Of a stretch of DNA of 64,000 bases, positions 26,054-39,513 are shown one piece after another. The DNA is taken from the NCBI GenBank assembly GCA_964016885.1, contig OZ024748.1, positions 24,366,001 to 24,430,000 on the forward strand. The letters run 5' to 3'. The notes under the pieces were generated by a model. The model did not search any database and was not told where the DNA came from. It worked only from the letters and a program-made list of their open reading frames with translations. Position numbers and translations under genes: made by a program. Source of the DNA: Eledone cirrhosa. Its lineage: Eukaryota. Every line of letters begins with the position of its first letter. Positions within the stretch are counted from its first letter, which is position 1.

Positions 26054-26962
26054 TTATGGAGGATAAGTATCTGAAAGTGTGTTAAGTTTATATGAGCTGG
26101 AAAGCAGGTGTGATTTCATGTGTGGGCAACTGGTGAAAATTTCCGTTTTTGTGTTCAGGCAGGTCTTTGGTGATTTAAGATTTTGCAAGATCCAATATTT
26201 TTCATTTATGCAGAGCGTGCATTTTCTTGTTCCTCTTGCATATTCTTTAGATTGGTTCAAAATTGACCAATCCAATTTATATTGGATGCCTTGGTCTTTC
26301 AAATCCCAAATTCTGCTAGCCAGAGCTGTTGTAAATCTTTTTTCTGGATGTCGAAAGGATGCGACATGTGAGTAATAACGCGTTTTGAATTTGTCTTGCG
26401 TCATACCCACATATCGTTCACTGGTGGCTGGATGGTTGTTGCTGATGGTTGTCACTTTAGCCGCATATACAATGGCTTTGGTGTTGCATTTACCTTGTAA
26501 TGGGCATTCACTTTTGATTCTACAGGAGCAATTTTGATTTTCTCTAGGTGATTTTTTGTTGATAATATAGGACTTAATAGGGGGACCGCAGGAATAGCTA
26601 ATTTTGACACAGTTTCTGTTAAAGATCTTATAGTATCTATGTGTTCTAGGGAAATGTTTATCTAGGAGCTCTAGGAATTTTTTGCCTACATTAGTTTTAA
26701 ATGCTAGAGAGTAGGGGGGGTGTGAACCAGATTATTTTTCTTTTCCTGTTTTTATGTTTAATAGAGTTAGTATAGTTGAGTATGTATTTAATCGGTTCGC
26801 TAAAACCGCTATTTTGGAGGGCTTTATTATAGTAGGGGATGCCTTATTAAAAATAGCTTCTGAGGAAGAGAGGGTGGAGATCCTACGGCTAATATTAGGG
26901 ATAAGATTTTTAAAAACTATAGGAGGATGGCAAGAGCCTTTATTTATATATTTTAAGTTATC

Positions 26963-26965
<3 letters not shown>
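26054..26965 (-). pseudogene. PLE ORF C-terminal part with GIY-YIG endonuclease, frameshifted
   Basis: IVYAAKV...YVGMTQDKFKTRYYSH...TALASRIWDLK...CTLCINEK...LNTKTEIFTSCPH. Frameshifts lie near 26835 and 26715. Confidence 0.85.
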
Positions 26966-27009
<44 letters not shown>

Positions 27010-27053
27010 ATATATACTTTTTCATTATTTACTAAAAATAATAATAAATTATT

Positions 27054-27099
<46 letters not shown>

Positions 27100-27106
27100 A
27101 GTTATC

Positions 27107-27194
<88 letters not shown>

Positions 27195-27367
27195 CATACA
27201 CACACATACATATACATACACACATATACATTAATAACAACAATAATAATAATAATAACAACAATAATAATAACGACAACAACAACAATAATGATATACA
27301 TATACATATATATATACACACACGCGCGCACACATAAACATATCTATACACACACACACGATAGCAA

Positions 27368-27530
27368 CTAACAGCGCTGCGATCGAATGTGGCTTTTTAG
27401 CCCAGCTAATGATCTAAAATGTCTTGCACAGAGTCGGCAACCAAAACATTCACTGGGAATAGCCGGCTGTGGTTGGAGTTCATGTACTTTTGCGTCTCGC
27501 TTGAGCCCTCCTGCTGATTTACATTCTCTA
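27368..27530 (-). pseudogene. C2H2 zinc-finger tail of an RTE/BovB-like LINE ORF (fragment)
   Basis: [18 protein letters not shown]...[20 protein letters not shown], isolated between microsatellites. Confidence 0.55.
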
Positions 27531-27579
27531 CCACATACATACATACATACATACATACATACATACATACATACATACA

Positions 27580-27628
<49 letters not shown>

Positions 27629-27887
27629 GCACATATATATATACATACATATATACATACATACATATATATATATATATGTACATATATATATACATAC
27701 ATATATACATACCTACATATATATATATATATGTACATATATATATATACATATATAGATACATATATACATACATATATACATACATACATATATATAT
27801 ATATGTACATATATATATATACATACATGTATACATACGTACATATATATATGTACATATATATACATACATACATACATACATACA

Positions 27888-27923
<36 letters not shown>

Positions 27924-27929
27924 TGTACA

Positions 27930-27961
<32 letters not shown>

Positions 27962-28695
27962 CATATATATATATGTACATATATATATACATACATATGT
28001 ACATACATACATAATATATAAATATATATGTACATATACATGGTGGCTGCCAACTCGTTTTCGAGTACGACCACTACTTTATATCCATGTAGGAGAACTC
28101 CTACCGATGCGCTGAACAAGTGTGACTTTTTAGTCCAGCCAGCGACTTGAAAACTCTGGTACAAACACTACACTTGTGACAATTATTGACACCTAGTGCT
28201 GGGCCCATGGTACCATGTGACGACAAGTGCAGAGAGATCTCCAGATATAAAGCAATGCCTGTGCCGTTAAGCTTTTATAGTGAGCAAAGGCACTGCACAA
28301 AGCCAGTCCCACTCTCTTAACCAAGATGATATTTACCAAAAAGAAGAACAAGTCAACATCATTGGATACCATCAGGGTTGCAGGTGTTATATCAGAGTTT
28401 TCCTTCTCCTAGAATTCTGCCTTGACAAAGGCTAAGGGGTAATCTCTCCCGGTGATTTTGGATGGCCATTGACTCTTAAGAGCTCTTTTTCCCCTTGACA
28501 GGTTTTGTTTTTAGTCCCACAGGATGTCCAAAGTCACCCTCCTCACCAAGAAACCTTGGTGCGGTTGCCAGTTTAGTCGCCAACGACCCGACCATGAGAC
28601 AGGTTGTACTGGGATACATGTTACCAGTATACATACATACATACATACATACATACATACATACATACATACATACATACAAACATACATATATA

Positions 28696-28754
<59 letters not shown>

Positions 28755-28853
28755 CGATGAAATACCAATGACGGTTGGCAAATCACTGATGAGGGACTAA
28801 TTTTATAATATGTAATCCATGTGCAAAACATGCAGTATTCTTCTCCCCTTGTT

Positions 28854-28894
<41 letters not shown>

Positions 28895-28996
28895 TATATT
28901 TACATATATATATATATAATCATGTTTCTAAATATGTACGTGTGTGAAAAAAACTTAAATGAATTTAATTTAATTAGAAGAAAAAAATGATATCGA

Positions 28997-30102
28997 GTCA
29001 CTGAGGTTGACTTTGCCTTTCATCCCTACGGGGTCGATAAAATAAAGTACCAGTAATGCACTGGGTGATTGCTGGCCTTGTGCCTAAAGTAGAAACAATT
29101 AATAGAAAGCAAATGGAATGTTTGGAGAGGAAACGGAAGAAAGGGAAGAATTATGTGAATAGGTAATATCAAAAATTAGACAAGCGTTATACAGTGAATG
29201 TATAAAGACAGTGTAAGAAAACCAAGATGGCGGGCCATGCTGTGCAACCTGCAGAGATCAGATGGAAGCTCATAATTGTTTCTACTTTAGGCACAAGGCC
29301 ACCAATTCACCAGTGTATTACTGGTACTTTATTTTATCGACCCCGTAAGGATGAAAGGCAAAGTCAACCTCGGCGGGATTGACTTTGCCTTTCATCCTTA
29401 CGGGATGAAAGCTCATAATGATACTGATGAATGTATGTGTGTATAAATGTATATATTGGTGTATATATGAGTACCCCCCCCCCACACACACACATACACA
29501 AGAGTACATATGGCTGTGTGGTCAAGGAGTTTGCTTCGTAACCATGTGGTTCTGGGTTCATTCCCGTTACACGTCACATCTGGCAAATGTTGAGATTCTA
29601 CTTATAATAATGGTTTCTGATTTAGGCACAAGGCCAATAATTTGTGAGTGGGGGAAAGGTCATTACATCGACCCCAGAACGTGACTGGTACTTTATTTTA
29701 TCGATCCCGAAAAGATGAAAAGCAAAGTAGATCTTGACAGAATTTGAACTAATGACGTAAAGATCCGGAATAAATGCCGCAAAGCATTTTCTCCGACACC
29801 TTAACGATTCTGCCAGTCCCCCGCCATTTTACTTATAATAATAATGATAGTAATGTGTGTGTATGTGTGTGTGTGCGTGTGCGTGTGTGCGAACGAGTAT
29901 GTGTATGGAAATAATTGTTTCTACGTTTGGCACAAGGCCAGAAATTACCCAGAGCATTACTGGTACTTTATTTTATCGACCCCGTAAGGATGAAAGGCAA
30001 AGTTAACCTCGGCGGGATTTGAACTCAGAATGGCAAGGGCCGTAACTCTATACGTCAAAGCATAGCGTCCGACCCTCTATCGATACTGCCAATCCACCGC
30101 CC
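28997..30102. mobile_element. cluster of main-family SINE copies and fragments (+ 28997-29100; - 29272-29410; - 29605-29825; - 29910-30102)
   Basis: Repeated matches to the core gaccccgtaaggatgaaaggcaaagt and the tail tttctactttaggcacaaggcc. Confidence 0.8.
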
Positions 30103-30397
30103 TTGTATGGAAATAATACTGTCAAATGCAAAACAAAAACGAAATACACACTGGACAATGCAATCGTGTGTCATCAGACACACACTGAACAATGCAATTT
30201 CGTGAACAAAATGGAATATGCATTTTCTAGTTGCTTAGTATATAAATCTACAGGATTACTCAACTGTGCATATAAATGCGACTGACATTTGATTCTTACA
30301 CTTGAATATTCTCAAAGCACATTTTTTATACATATATATATATTTACGCTAATTTCAATATATATTAGCTCACCTTTTAGATATCCCTATATTGCTT

Positions 30398-30485
30398 ATA
30401 TGTGTAGTTATTTACATATATATGTGTAGTTATTTACATACATGTGTAGTTATTTACATATATGTGTAGTTATTTACATATATGT
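30398..30485. repeat. 22-bp tandem repeat, about 4 copies
   Basis: Unit tatgtgtagttatttacatata, with minor variants. Confidence 0.85.
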
Positions 30486-30657
30486 AAGAACTTTCACATT
30501 CGTATCTATAAAACAACGTTTTCGTTCATTTCAATTTTGACTATTTTCTCCGTAATTCAATAGTAATTCCAGATTATTGCCCTTGTTTTAAAATACTTTT
30601 CTATTTATATATTATACTTGGAAATCTCTGATATGTTTTACTGGATACCACAACAAA

Positions 30658-31120
30658 GCGGCCAGCTCGTGAAATTAAAGGGGAAGCTCATAAACACGTG
30701 TACCCTTAACCCTTTAGCATTAAACTGGCCATATCTGGCCCAAATCCTCCCCCCTCTATCTGTTCAAACCGGCTATAGCCGGCCGCCCATATTGATGTTA
30801 AGGTATTGTTTGCAAAATAAATATCAAAATCTCATAGATTCGATATTATATGAGAGAATTTTGTGAGATAAAGCCTTAACCATGAAAATATAATTGTAAA
30901 TATAGAGTAATGTAAATGTTAAAGGGTTAACGAAGTTGTCAAGTAGATTCAGCGTAACACGGTGTGTGATAAGGCCCAGCCCTTTCAATTACAGGTACAA
31001 TTCATTTTTTGTAAGCTAAGTTGATTGAAGCAACGTGAAATAAAGTGTCTTGTCCAAGGTCACAACGGGCCGCCCGGTCCAGTAATCGAAGTCACTATCA
31101 TACCCTAGTTCCCTAATCAC
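30658..31120 (-). mobile_element. decayed SINE interrupted by the MITE
   Basis: Homologous to 44660-44870 (aattacaggtacaa...gtgaaataaagtgtcttgtccaa). Confidence 0.65.
30710..30926. mobile_element. piggyBac-type MITE (217 bp) inserted in a SINE
   Basis: TTAA TSDs at 30706-09 and 30927-30, with TIRs ccctttagcattta / taaatgttaaaggg. The empty site cccttaacg is present in the related SINE at ~44714. Confidence 0.85.
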
Positions 31121-31159
31121 TTAAAGATCGTATTAATATTTCTCTACTATAATATACTA

Positions 31160-31260
31160 TACAGCTGCCCCCCGGTATTCGCGGGGGTTATGTTCCTAGA
31201 GGACCTACGAAGACCGAAAAACCGCGAATATTGGACGTGGTCCATAAAATGCATGTAAAC
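31160..31260 (+). mobile_element. Tigger/pogo-like DNA transposon terminal fragment
   Basis: ta-cagctgcccccggtattcgcgggggttatgttcc...aaaaccgcgaata resembles Tigger/MER2-type ends. No partner TIR was found. Confidence 0.5.
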
Positions 31261-31844
31261 GTCAAAATGTAACGTAAAATATAATAAAAAAGTAGTGATA
31301 TGTTCAGAAGTGTATGACAATACCACAAATTCTTATGATTTCTATTACTTTATGTCAAATAATTATTAGACGTTAATCCTTTTATTAAATTCCTTCATAT
31401 CAGACGTATCACACGATTAATATTTTTATATATTTTTATCGTATCGCTAACTTAAGCCTCTTCGTGCCGAATTTCAATTTCAAAATTGAATTATATGCAA
31501 TATAATTTTTTCCTGAAAAAAACCCTAAAAGACAATAAAATCTAAGTTACACACCTATCCTATTATACATCTCCCTGAGAATTATGTTAAGAGTACACGT
31601 GACTGTGAAATGTTCCAAACCATTTCGTTGATCGAACAACTGGAAGAGTCATCGTCGACACTGACAGAAATCCATTCCAGTGTTATTTAATTATTTATTT
31701 ATTTATATTTACATTGTTCTAAGCATATATATATATATATACATATATATATAGTTCTAAGCATATATATATATATATATATATAGTTCTAAGCATATAG
31801 TGTTCTAAGAAAAAAAATATATATATATATATATTTTCTTAGAA

Positions 31845-31888
<44 letters not shown>

Positions 31889-31895
31889 TTAGAAC

Positions 31896-31981
<86 letters not shown>

Positions 31982-32250
31982 GTAGATACGGCTAAGGAAT
32001 ACGTTCCTGGTGTATTTTGAGAACTATCTATATTTATCTATAATGGGTTAAAACTGTACTTGTTGACACCATTGCCGTAAATATTCTGGGCGGAAAGAGA
32101 ACAGAAACAAACAAAAAATATTCGAATTCTGTGAAATTTCAACTTAATATTTACATACACCTCGAGGCTTACCTTTTCCTTGTCACGGGTGTGGTTAACA
32201 ACCTAATTAAATTCTAATTTCCTTTATTTGTTCCTTAGAGCATTATGTTT

Positions 32251-32285
<35 letters not shown>

Positions 32286-32504
32286 ATTTTATATATACAT
32301 ATATATACACACACATATGTATATGTATATATATATGTGTATATATATATATATGCATGTATGTACGTACGCATATATGTATGAGTGTATGTATATATGT
32401 ATATATATATATATATATACATAACATCCATACATACATATATATATTATATATATATACACACATAACATACATACATATATATTATATATTTATATAT
32501 AACA

Positions 32505-32547
<43 letters not shown>

Positions 32548-32643
32548 CATACATACATATATATATATATTATATATATACTTATATATAGTTAAAGAAA
32601 GAAGAGTAACATGGTTGGCTGTACAATAAGGGCTTTATTTAAA

Positions 32644-32721
32644 GTACTGACAATTGTTTCGTTGATCAGGTGTGTCTAGAGTTCGCTAATCTCTTGAGGT
32701 TGCGTCAACACATCAGAGTAC
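32644..32721 (-). ncRNA. hammerhead motif with one core substitution, in a PLE-like 3' end
   Basis: guacu-CUGAUG(U)-guuga...ucaac-GAAAC-aauu-GUC-aguac. Stems I and II pair and stem III is palindromic. Confidence 0.6.
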
Positions 32722-34059
32722 GTAGATATGAAAATAATTTACTCGAGGCAAGACTTATATAGAAAAACAGCGTAAAACCAAAACAATAACATCAATAATA
32801 AAATAGCGTATAATTAAAACAATAACATCAATAATACGACATGTATGGTAAATAGATAGAGAAGTTACAGATGTAAAAAGTAAAAAGTAAAATATAAGAT
32901 ATGGTAACTTAAAAAATAATAAGAAAACGAAGAAATGGAAAATATAAAGAAATAAATGAGTGAGAGAGTGCAAGTAGATATTAGTAGTTTTTGAGTCAGT
33001 GTTCTTATAAGGATTCGTTGGTGCTAACATGAGAAACCAAATTTGAGATGTAGATAAATACTTGTAGAGGGTCCGATAAAAGAAAAGACAATAAATTAGA
33101 GATTAATTGATGTATACATGTTTTATATTTATGGGCTAGGGATGACGGGCCGTTTGATAAACGCTTGTTGTAAATGTTTTGCTGATTGTTCTATCTTAAT
33201 GGGGTTGATGGAGAGAAGGTGGAAGAAATGTATAGAGATTTGTGATCCAGTGACCAGTTGGCAGTTTGATAGCTAATAGCGGTGCGATGATGTGTATTCT
33301 ATATGTTAAAATCTAGGTGGTCCAGTACTAATTTTGGGATTGCTGGTTCAAATCAGGCATAAAATCTAGTAGCTATTTTATGCCTACAGACATAAAATAG
33401 CTACTAGATTTGCGAACTTCAAACCACCATATACTTATATATATATATATATACGCAGCGCCCACATATATCACTAAATAAATCGGTGAGACATATATAT
33501 ATATATATTATATACATAGGGAGTATACACACGTATCATCATGCATACCTGATGGTTGTCGACATACTATGAAGTCTAACCCTGTCTTATGCACCTTCCT
33601 CCTTCTCTTTAAAAGGTCCATCATGAACCCTCAAGATAACGAAGACGTACAACCATACTGCAAGATCAGAATACCACCATTAAAACAGGGACATCAGATG
33701 AATATAGGACGTAGCAGTATTGCTCACATAAATATATCAATTGTTTGTATGTTATTGCTCCTGAGTATCACAATAGGTGAAACGGTAATTGAACCTTAAC
33801 ACCTCATGGAGTTGTAAGGAGACAGTTATGACACCTGGTCGGTCTTGGGAGAGAGGTGGGAGGGGGTGGCGAGAAGGGCAGAGAGAGAAAGGGGTGAGAG
33901 GGGAGAAGGAGAGCAGTGGGATGGGATTGGAGAGAGATAGAAAGAGGGATAGGTGGAAGGAGAGTTGGGGAGAGGAGGAGAGAGAAGAGTGAGAGTTGGG
34001 GAGGAGAGATGGAGAGAGAGAGACAAGAAAACGGCAAATAAATGGAGAAAGAATCAACC

Positions 34060-34205
34060 ATAGTACTGGACAGGAACTTTATATATCGACCTTGAATATG
34101 GATAAAAGGCAAAGTTGACCTGGGCGGTATTTGAACTCAGAACGACACTGAGCCAGATCAAATATCGACACGTTTTTAATCCGGCACTGTAATGACACTG
34201 TCATG
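34060..34205 (-). mobile_element. degenerate main-family SINE
   Basis: aaaggcaaagttgacctgggcggtatttgaactcagaac. Confidence 0.6.
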
Positions 34206-34352
34206 TTGTAATAACAAACAATACTAAAGGTGGTGTTTCAATTCGGCGACTGTCTTTAAGTGTCAATAAGAAGTCCGTTGACACTTGCCTATAGCTTGGC
34301 AGAGTGGCAACTAAAAATAGGAACAAAAATAGTGCCTACACTATATAATCTT

Positions 34353-34405
<53 letters not shown>

Positions 34406-34547
34406 AATTTTTAAATAAAGGAGATTGAAACCCTACCTCCAATCTATACATACATAAAGCATGCATAGATCCACACGGCCACCTACAGACTACGGGCTTC
34501 CTTATGATTTCTCTCGAATGAAACAGTTCTATAGGGAATTTTGGCCA

Positions 34548-35049
34548 ATAAATGGAACAAGATGTGTTGTAACAAGATTGCATGAGAACTTGATTGAAGC
34601 AACCATTATATTCGGGGCTTACAAAGGTCAAGCTCTGCTCATTCCGAGGATTCCACTTATACCAAGTGATAGCGAGTTGCCTTTTACATTTAAGAGGCTG
34701 TAGTTCCCAGTGAGGCCATGCTTTGCCATGAGCATCAATAAGAGTCAAGGTCAAATTTTCAAAACTATTGGTATAGATCTGACAAACCCATGTTTCAGTC
34801 ATGGCTTGTTTTATATGGTTGTTTCAAGGACTGGAACTTCAAAAAATCTCTACATTTTAGCCAATCAAAGAAAGACAAGAAATGTTTTTACCCAATTTTT
34901 CATGCATTACATTTTACATTGAGTAATATTAAAATGCAGAGTTTTTTTCCATAAATTATATCACTGATTTAAATTCAATCATTTTCTTACAAAAAAAAAA
35001 AAAAAAAAAAAATGTGTGAATCGCAGCAAGGCGCGGGTAATTCGGCTAG
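34548..35049 (+). mobile_element. Helitron 3' end with a decayed Pif1-like helicase C-terminus
   Basis: NGTRCVV...[38 protein letters not shown]...CFSHGLFYMVVSR, with an in-frame stop. A GC-rich imperfect hairpin is followed by CTAG|T at 35046-35050. Confidence 0.88.
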
Positions 35050-35677
35050 TATATATATATTTATATATTCAATAAAAAATAAAGTGTTTATGGTGATCGG
35101 TAAAACTTTGGATATATATATTTATATATAGATATATATAAACCACTATATTTGGAAACAAGCAACTACATTACATGCATACATATATACATGCAGACGT
35201 TACACACAAACATTAAGACTAACACATACACACACACACACACATATACACACACGATCCATACATATACACACATACATGCATACAAATATACACACAA
35301 TACATGCATCGACACATAGACATATACAATCCACACACACACATACATATATGCATACAAATATACATACATACATACACAAATATACAGACACAATCCA
35401 TACATATACACATATACATACAATCCATACATATACATATATACATACATAAACACCATACACACGCACATATACATACATACACACCACACATACACAC
35501 ATACAGACACAATCTCTACAGTAGTACATTGGCTGAGTCTTCTGATAAGCATCATTAATTTGTCTATGTTAATCCACTTATTAGAGATTAGTATTAATGG
35601 TGGTATTGATGAGGATTATCTCCCCCTTGGACCTTTTTCCACCTCTTGCTAACCAACTCTCTCTCTCGCTTTCTCTC

Positions 35678-35726
<49 letters not shown>

Positions 35727-36043
35727 CTGACCGACACTCTCTCTCTATCGTCGTGTGTCTATGTGTGTCTGTCTATGTGTGTGTCTGAATGTGTGTGTGT
35801 ATGAGCATGCTTCTGTCTGTATGAGTGTGTGTGTGTATGAGTATGCGTGTATGTGTGTGTGTGTGTGTGTGTTTGTATGTGCGTGTGTGTGTGTGTCTGA
35901 GTGTGCTTCTGTGCATGTTTGTGTGTGTGTGTGTGTGCCTGAGCATGCTTCTGTCTGTATGTGTGTGGGTGTATGAGTATGCGTGTGTGTGTGTATGTGT
36001 GTATGTATGTGCGTGTGTGTCTGAGTGTGCTTCTGTGCATGTT

Positions 36044-36091
<48 letters not shown>

Positions 36092-36158
36092 TGAGCGTGC
36101 TTCTCTATATGTAAGTGCAGCTGTGTGTGCGTGTGAGGATGCTTGTGCGTGTATGTAA

Positions 36159-36196
<38 letters not shown>

Positions 36197-36392
36197 TGGA
36201 GCTTCTGTCTGTGTGTACCACTCTCTGTGTGTCCACTCTCTGTGTGTCTATGTGTGTGTCTATGTGTGTGTATATATGTGTGCGTGCTTCTCTCTGCGTT
36301 TTTGTCTCTCTGAGTGTGCTTCATGTATGTGTGCGTGTGTGTAAGCTTTTGTTTCTCTGTGTGTATTTGTATGTATCTAAATATGTATGCAA

Positions 36393-36564
<172 letters not shown>

Positions 36565-36569
36565 GAGTC

Positions 36570-36615
<46 letters not shown>

Positions 36616-36620
36616 GAGTC

Positions 36621-36654
<34 letters not shown>

Positions 36655-36862
36655 GTTATTCCGGGTTGAGTCGGAGGTAACCACAGTAAGTAAGGTACTC
36701 AATACATTGCAGAGTATAAAAGTTTTAATATAGATGAGATTCTACAGGACTAGAACTGTTTCATTCTTTAGAAATCATCAGGAATCACTGGATTCACAGG
36801 GATTCCTGATGATTTCTAATGAATGAAACAGATCTAGTCCTGTAGAATCTCATCTATATTAA
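36655..36862. mobile_element. fold-back mini-element with hammerhead-like cores (relative at ~42140-42330)
   Basis: Arms at ~36727-36786 and ~36801-36862. CUGAUGA-uuucuaaugaau-GAAAC-agaucua-GUC, although stem I pairing is imperfect. Confidence 0.6.
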
Positions 36863-36866
36863 TATA

Positions 36867-36938
<72 letters not shown>

Positions 36939-37117
36939 TATTGAAACTTTGTTTACATGTAGTTAGTTTCTTTTATCGTGTATCGAGCTGTTACGCACGT
37001 TTCGCAGAGGATTCGCTGAGAGTCACCCACAACAGTGTTGGACCCGTCTCCGTTATTGTGATTCAACAAAAATTATAGGTTTAATTAATTTATTTATTTA
37101 TATTTTTTTGTTGATTC

Positions 37118-37209
37118 ACCAGTCTGAAGAACAGATCGATAATGGAGTCGTATCCATAACTTTTTTGCGTGGCTTTGAACCAATCGTCTGCGAAACGCGT
37201 GTAACAGGT
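37118..37209 (+). ncRNA. type-I hammerhead ribozyme within an inverted-repeat element (~36945-37250)
   Basis: accagu-CUGAAGA-a-cagaucgau...aucgucug-c-GAAAC-gcgu-GUA-acaggu. Confidence 0.65.
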
Positions 37210-37292
37210 CGATACACAAAAAAAAAAAAACTAACTACATATAAACGAAACTCCATCATTTTGGTACCAGTCGGTCACTGAATCACAAACAC

Positions 37293-37380
<88 letters not shown>

Positions 37381-37924
37381 TGTGTGTGTGTGTATGAGTG
37401 TGTGTGTGTGTGTGTGTCTGTGTGTGTCTGTGTGTGCGTGCGTGCGTGTGTGTGTGTGTGCGTGCGTGTGTGTGTGTCTGTGTGTGTGTGTGTGCGTGTG
37501 TGTGCGTGTGTCTGTGTCTGTGTGTGCGTGCGTGCGTGTGTGTGTGTCTGTGTGTGTCTGTGTGTGCGTGTGTGTATGTGTGTATGTGTGTATGTGTGTG
37601 TGTGTGTGCGTGTGCGTGCATGCGTACGTGCGTGTGTGTGTATGTGCGTGTGTGTGTGTGCGTGCGTGTGTGTGTGTGTGCGTGCGTGTGTGTCTGTGTG
37701 TGTCTGTGTCTGTCTGTCTGTATGTGTTGTGTTGTGTCTGTATTGTGTCTGTATTGTGTCTGTATTGTGTCATCAGTAGCAGCAACAGCGCCGCCGCCGC
37801 CACAGCCGCCACCCCCACCACCTATGCCATCACCGTTACCATCATGATCAGAGTCGTCCCCAATCAACACCGCCATTTCCATTTACCATCCTCACCAACG
37901 CCACCTAATCTAAATAGCTCACTC

Positions 37925-37958
<34 letters not shown>

Positions 37959-38108
37959 TATATGCGTGTGTGTGCGCGCGCGCGTGCGTGTGTGTGTATG
38001 TATGTGTGTGTGTGTGTGTGTGTGTTTCCATAGAAAAGGTAAAGGAAAGAAGAGTGCTCTATGTATAGTACAGAGCTATTTAATTACATAATAAACAACA
38101 CAATATAA

Positions 38109-38184
38109 TTATTCCATTACCAAAGGTTTCAAGAAACTTGACGATCCTTAGAAAAACGTCCGGCTCGTTCATCAGATGAAATAA
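38109..38184 (-). ncRNA. type-I hammerhead ribozyme in a PLE 3'-end fragment (~38025-38260) related to the element at 24718
   Basis: uuauuucau-CUGAUGA...GAAAC-cuuug-GUA-auggaauaa with a 9-bp stem I. Flanking gaagagtgctctatgta...cagagc is shared with 24760-24790. A partial inverted copy lies at 38196-38260. Confidence 0.7.
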
Positions 38185-38769
38185 ATAACTATGTTAAGAT
38201 CGTCTAGTTTCCTGAAACTTTTTTTAATGGAATAATTATATTGTGTTGTTTATTATGTTATATATATATATTATGTAACCCATTTGCAACCACGCAGCAC
38301 GACATATTTTTCATATATATTTTCCCCTTTTCTCTGTATCTCTCACTTCCTTTTAGCCCCTCTACCAGTCACTCTCTCTGTTAGCCTCTTCACTCTCTGC
38401 TACTCCCTCTCCTACTTCTTCCCGTTTGAACTGTGCGAGATTCTTTCCTCACTCACACTTCGACAAGGTCGGATGGTCTTTATTCTCTCTCGTCTACGAT
38501 ACACAGAACTTATGTTCATCGATTTCAGGGACTTGACTCCTTCTTCCTCACTTTTCATTGCATTACCATCTTTGTTTGTTTACTGTCTCGCTCGTTCCCC
38601 CTATTTACGTGTCCCAACGACTTTCTTTAGCCGTTGCTCGCACCAACCAGAGGTATATGGTCTTTAAAGCGATGAAATACCAATGAAGGCTGGAAGATCA
38701 CTGATGAAGGACTAAATTTATTCATATGTAACCCATTTGCAACCACGCAGCACGCCATGTTTTCATATT

Positions 38770-38834
<65 letters not shown>

Positions 38835-38945
38835 TATATATATAAATATATTTATATATATATACACACATAATATATATATAAATATATTTATATATAT
38901 ATATAAATATATTTATATATATATATAAATATATTTATATATATA

Positions 38946-39031
<86 letters not shown>

Positions 39032-39301
39032 ATATATATGTGTATATATATATGTATATATATATATACACATATATATTACATATATATATACATATAT
39101 ATATATGTATATATGTATATATATGTATATATCTATATATATATCTACATATATCTATATATCTATATATCCATATATATAGTAATAATAATAAATTTGA
39201 AGACTAAAATCCAAAGAGGGCTCGATAAGGATAAATATATATCAAATATATAAGAACCGTAGAGCAAATATTTATTAAAATAACAGATTAAAATATATAT
39301 G

Positions 39302-39349
<48 letters not shown>

Positions 39350-39513
39350 TAAATAAAAGTCAAATGATTTGACTTTTATTTAACTTTATTTAACTTTATT
39401 TTACACTACTCCGGAGTAACCAAACCAACCTGCGCACTTCGTCGAGTGCTCCAGCCTGCATACTGAGGTGTTGGTATACAACCAACATAAACTCAAAATC
39501 TCTATATATATAT

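Larger units (their letters stand above)
24718..26965 (-). mobile_element. Penelope-like element (Naiad-like by motifs), 5'-truncated, bounded by (TA)n on both sides
   Basis: RT-thumb/linker remnants [10 protein letters not shown]...ISRRISTLSSS, RKIIWFTPP...KTNVGKKFLELLDKHFP...KIFNRNCVKISYSC and CSCRIKSECPLQGKC..IVY, then a GIY-YIG domain. A long simple-repeat-rich 3' region ends in a hammerhead. Confidence 0.85.
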
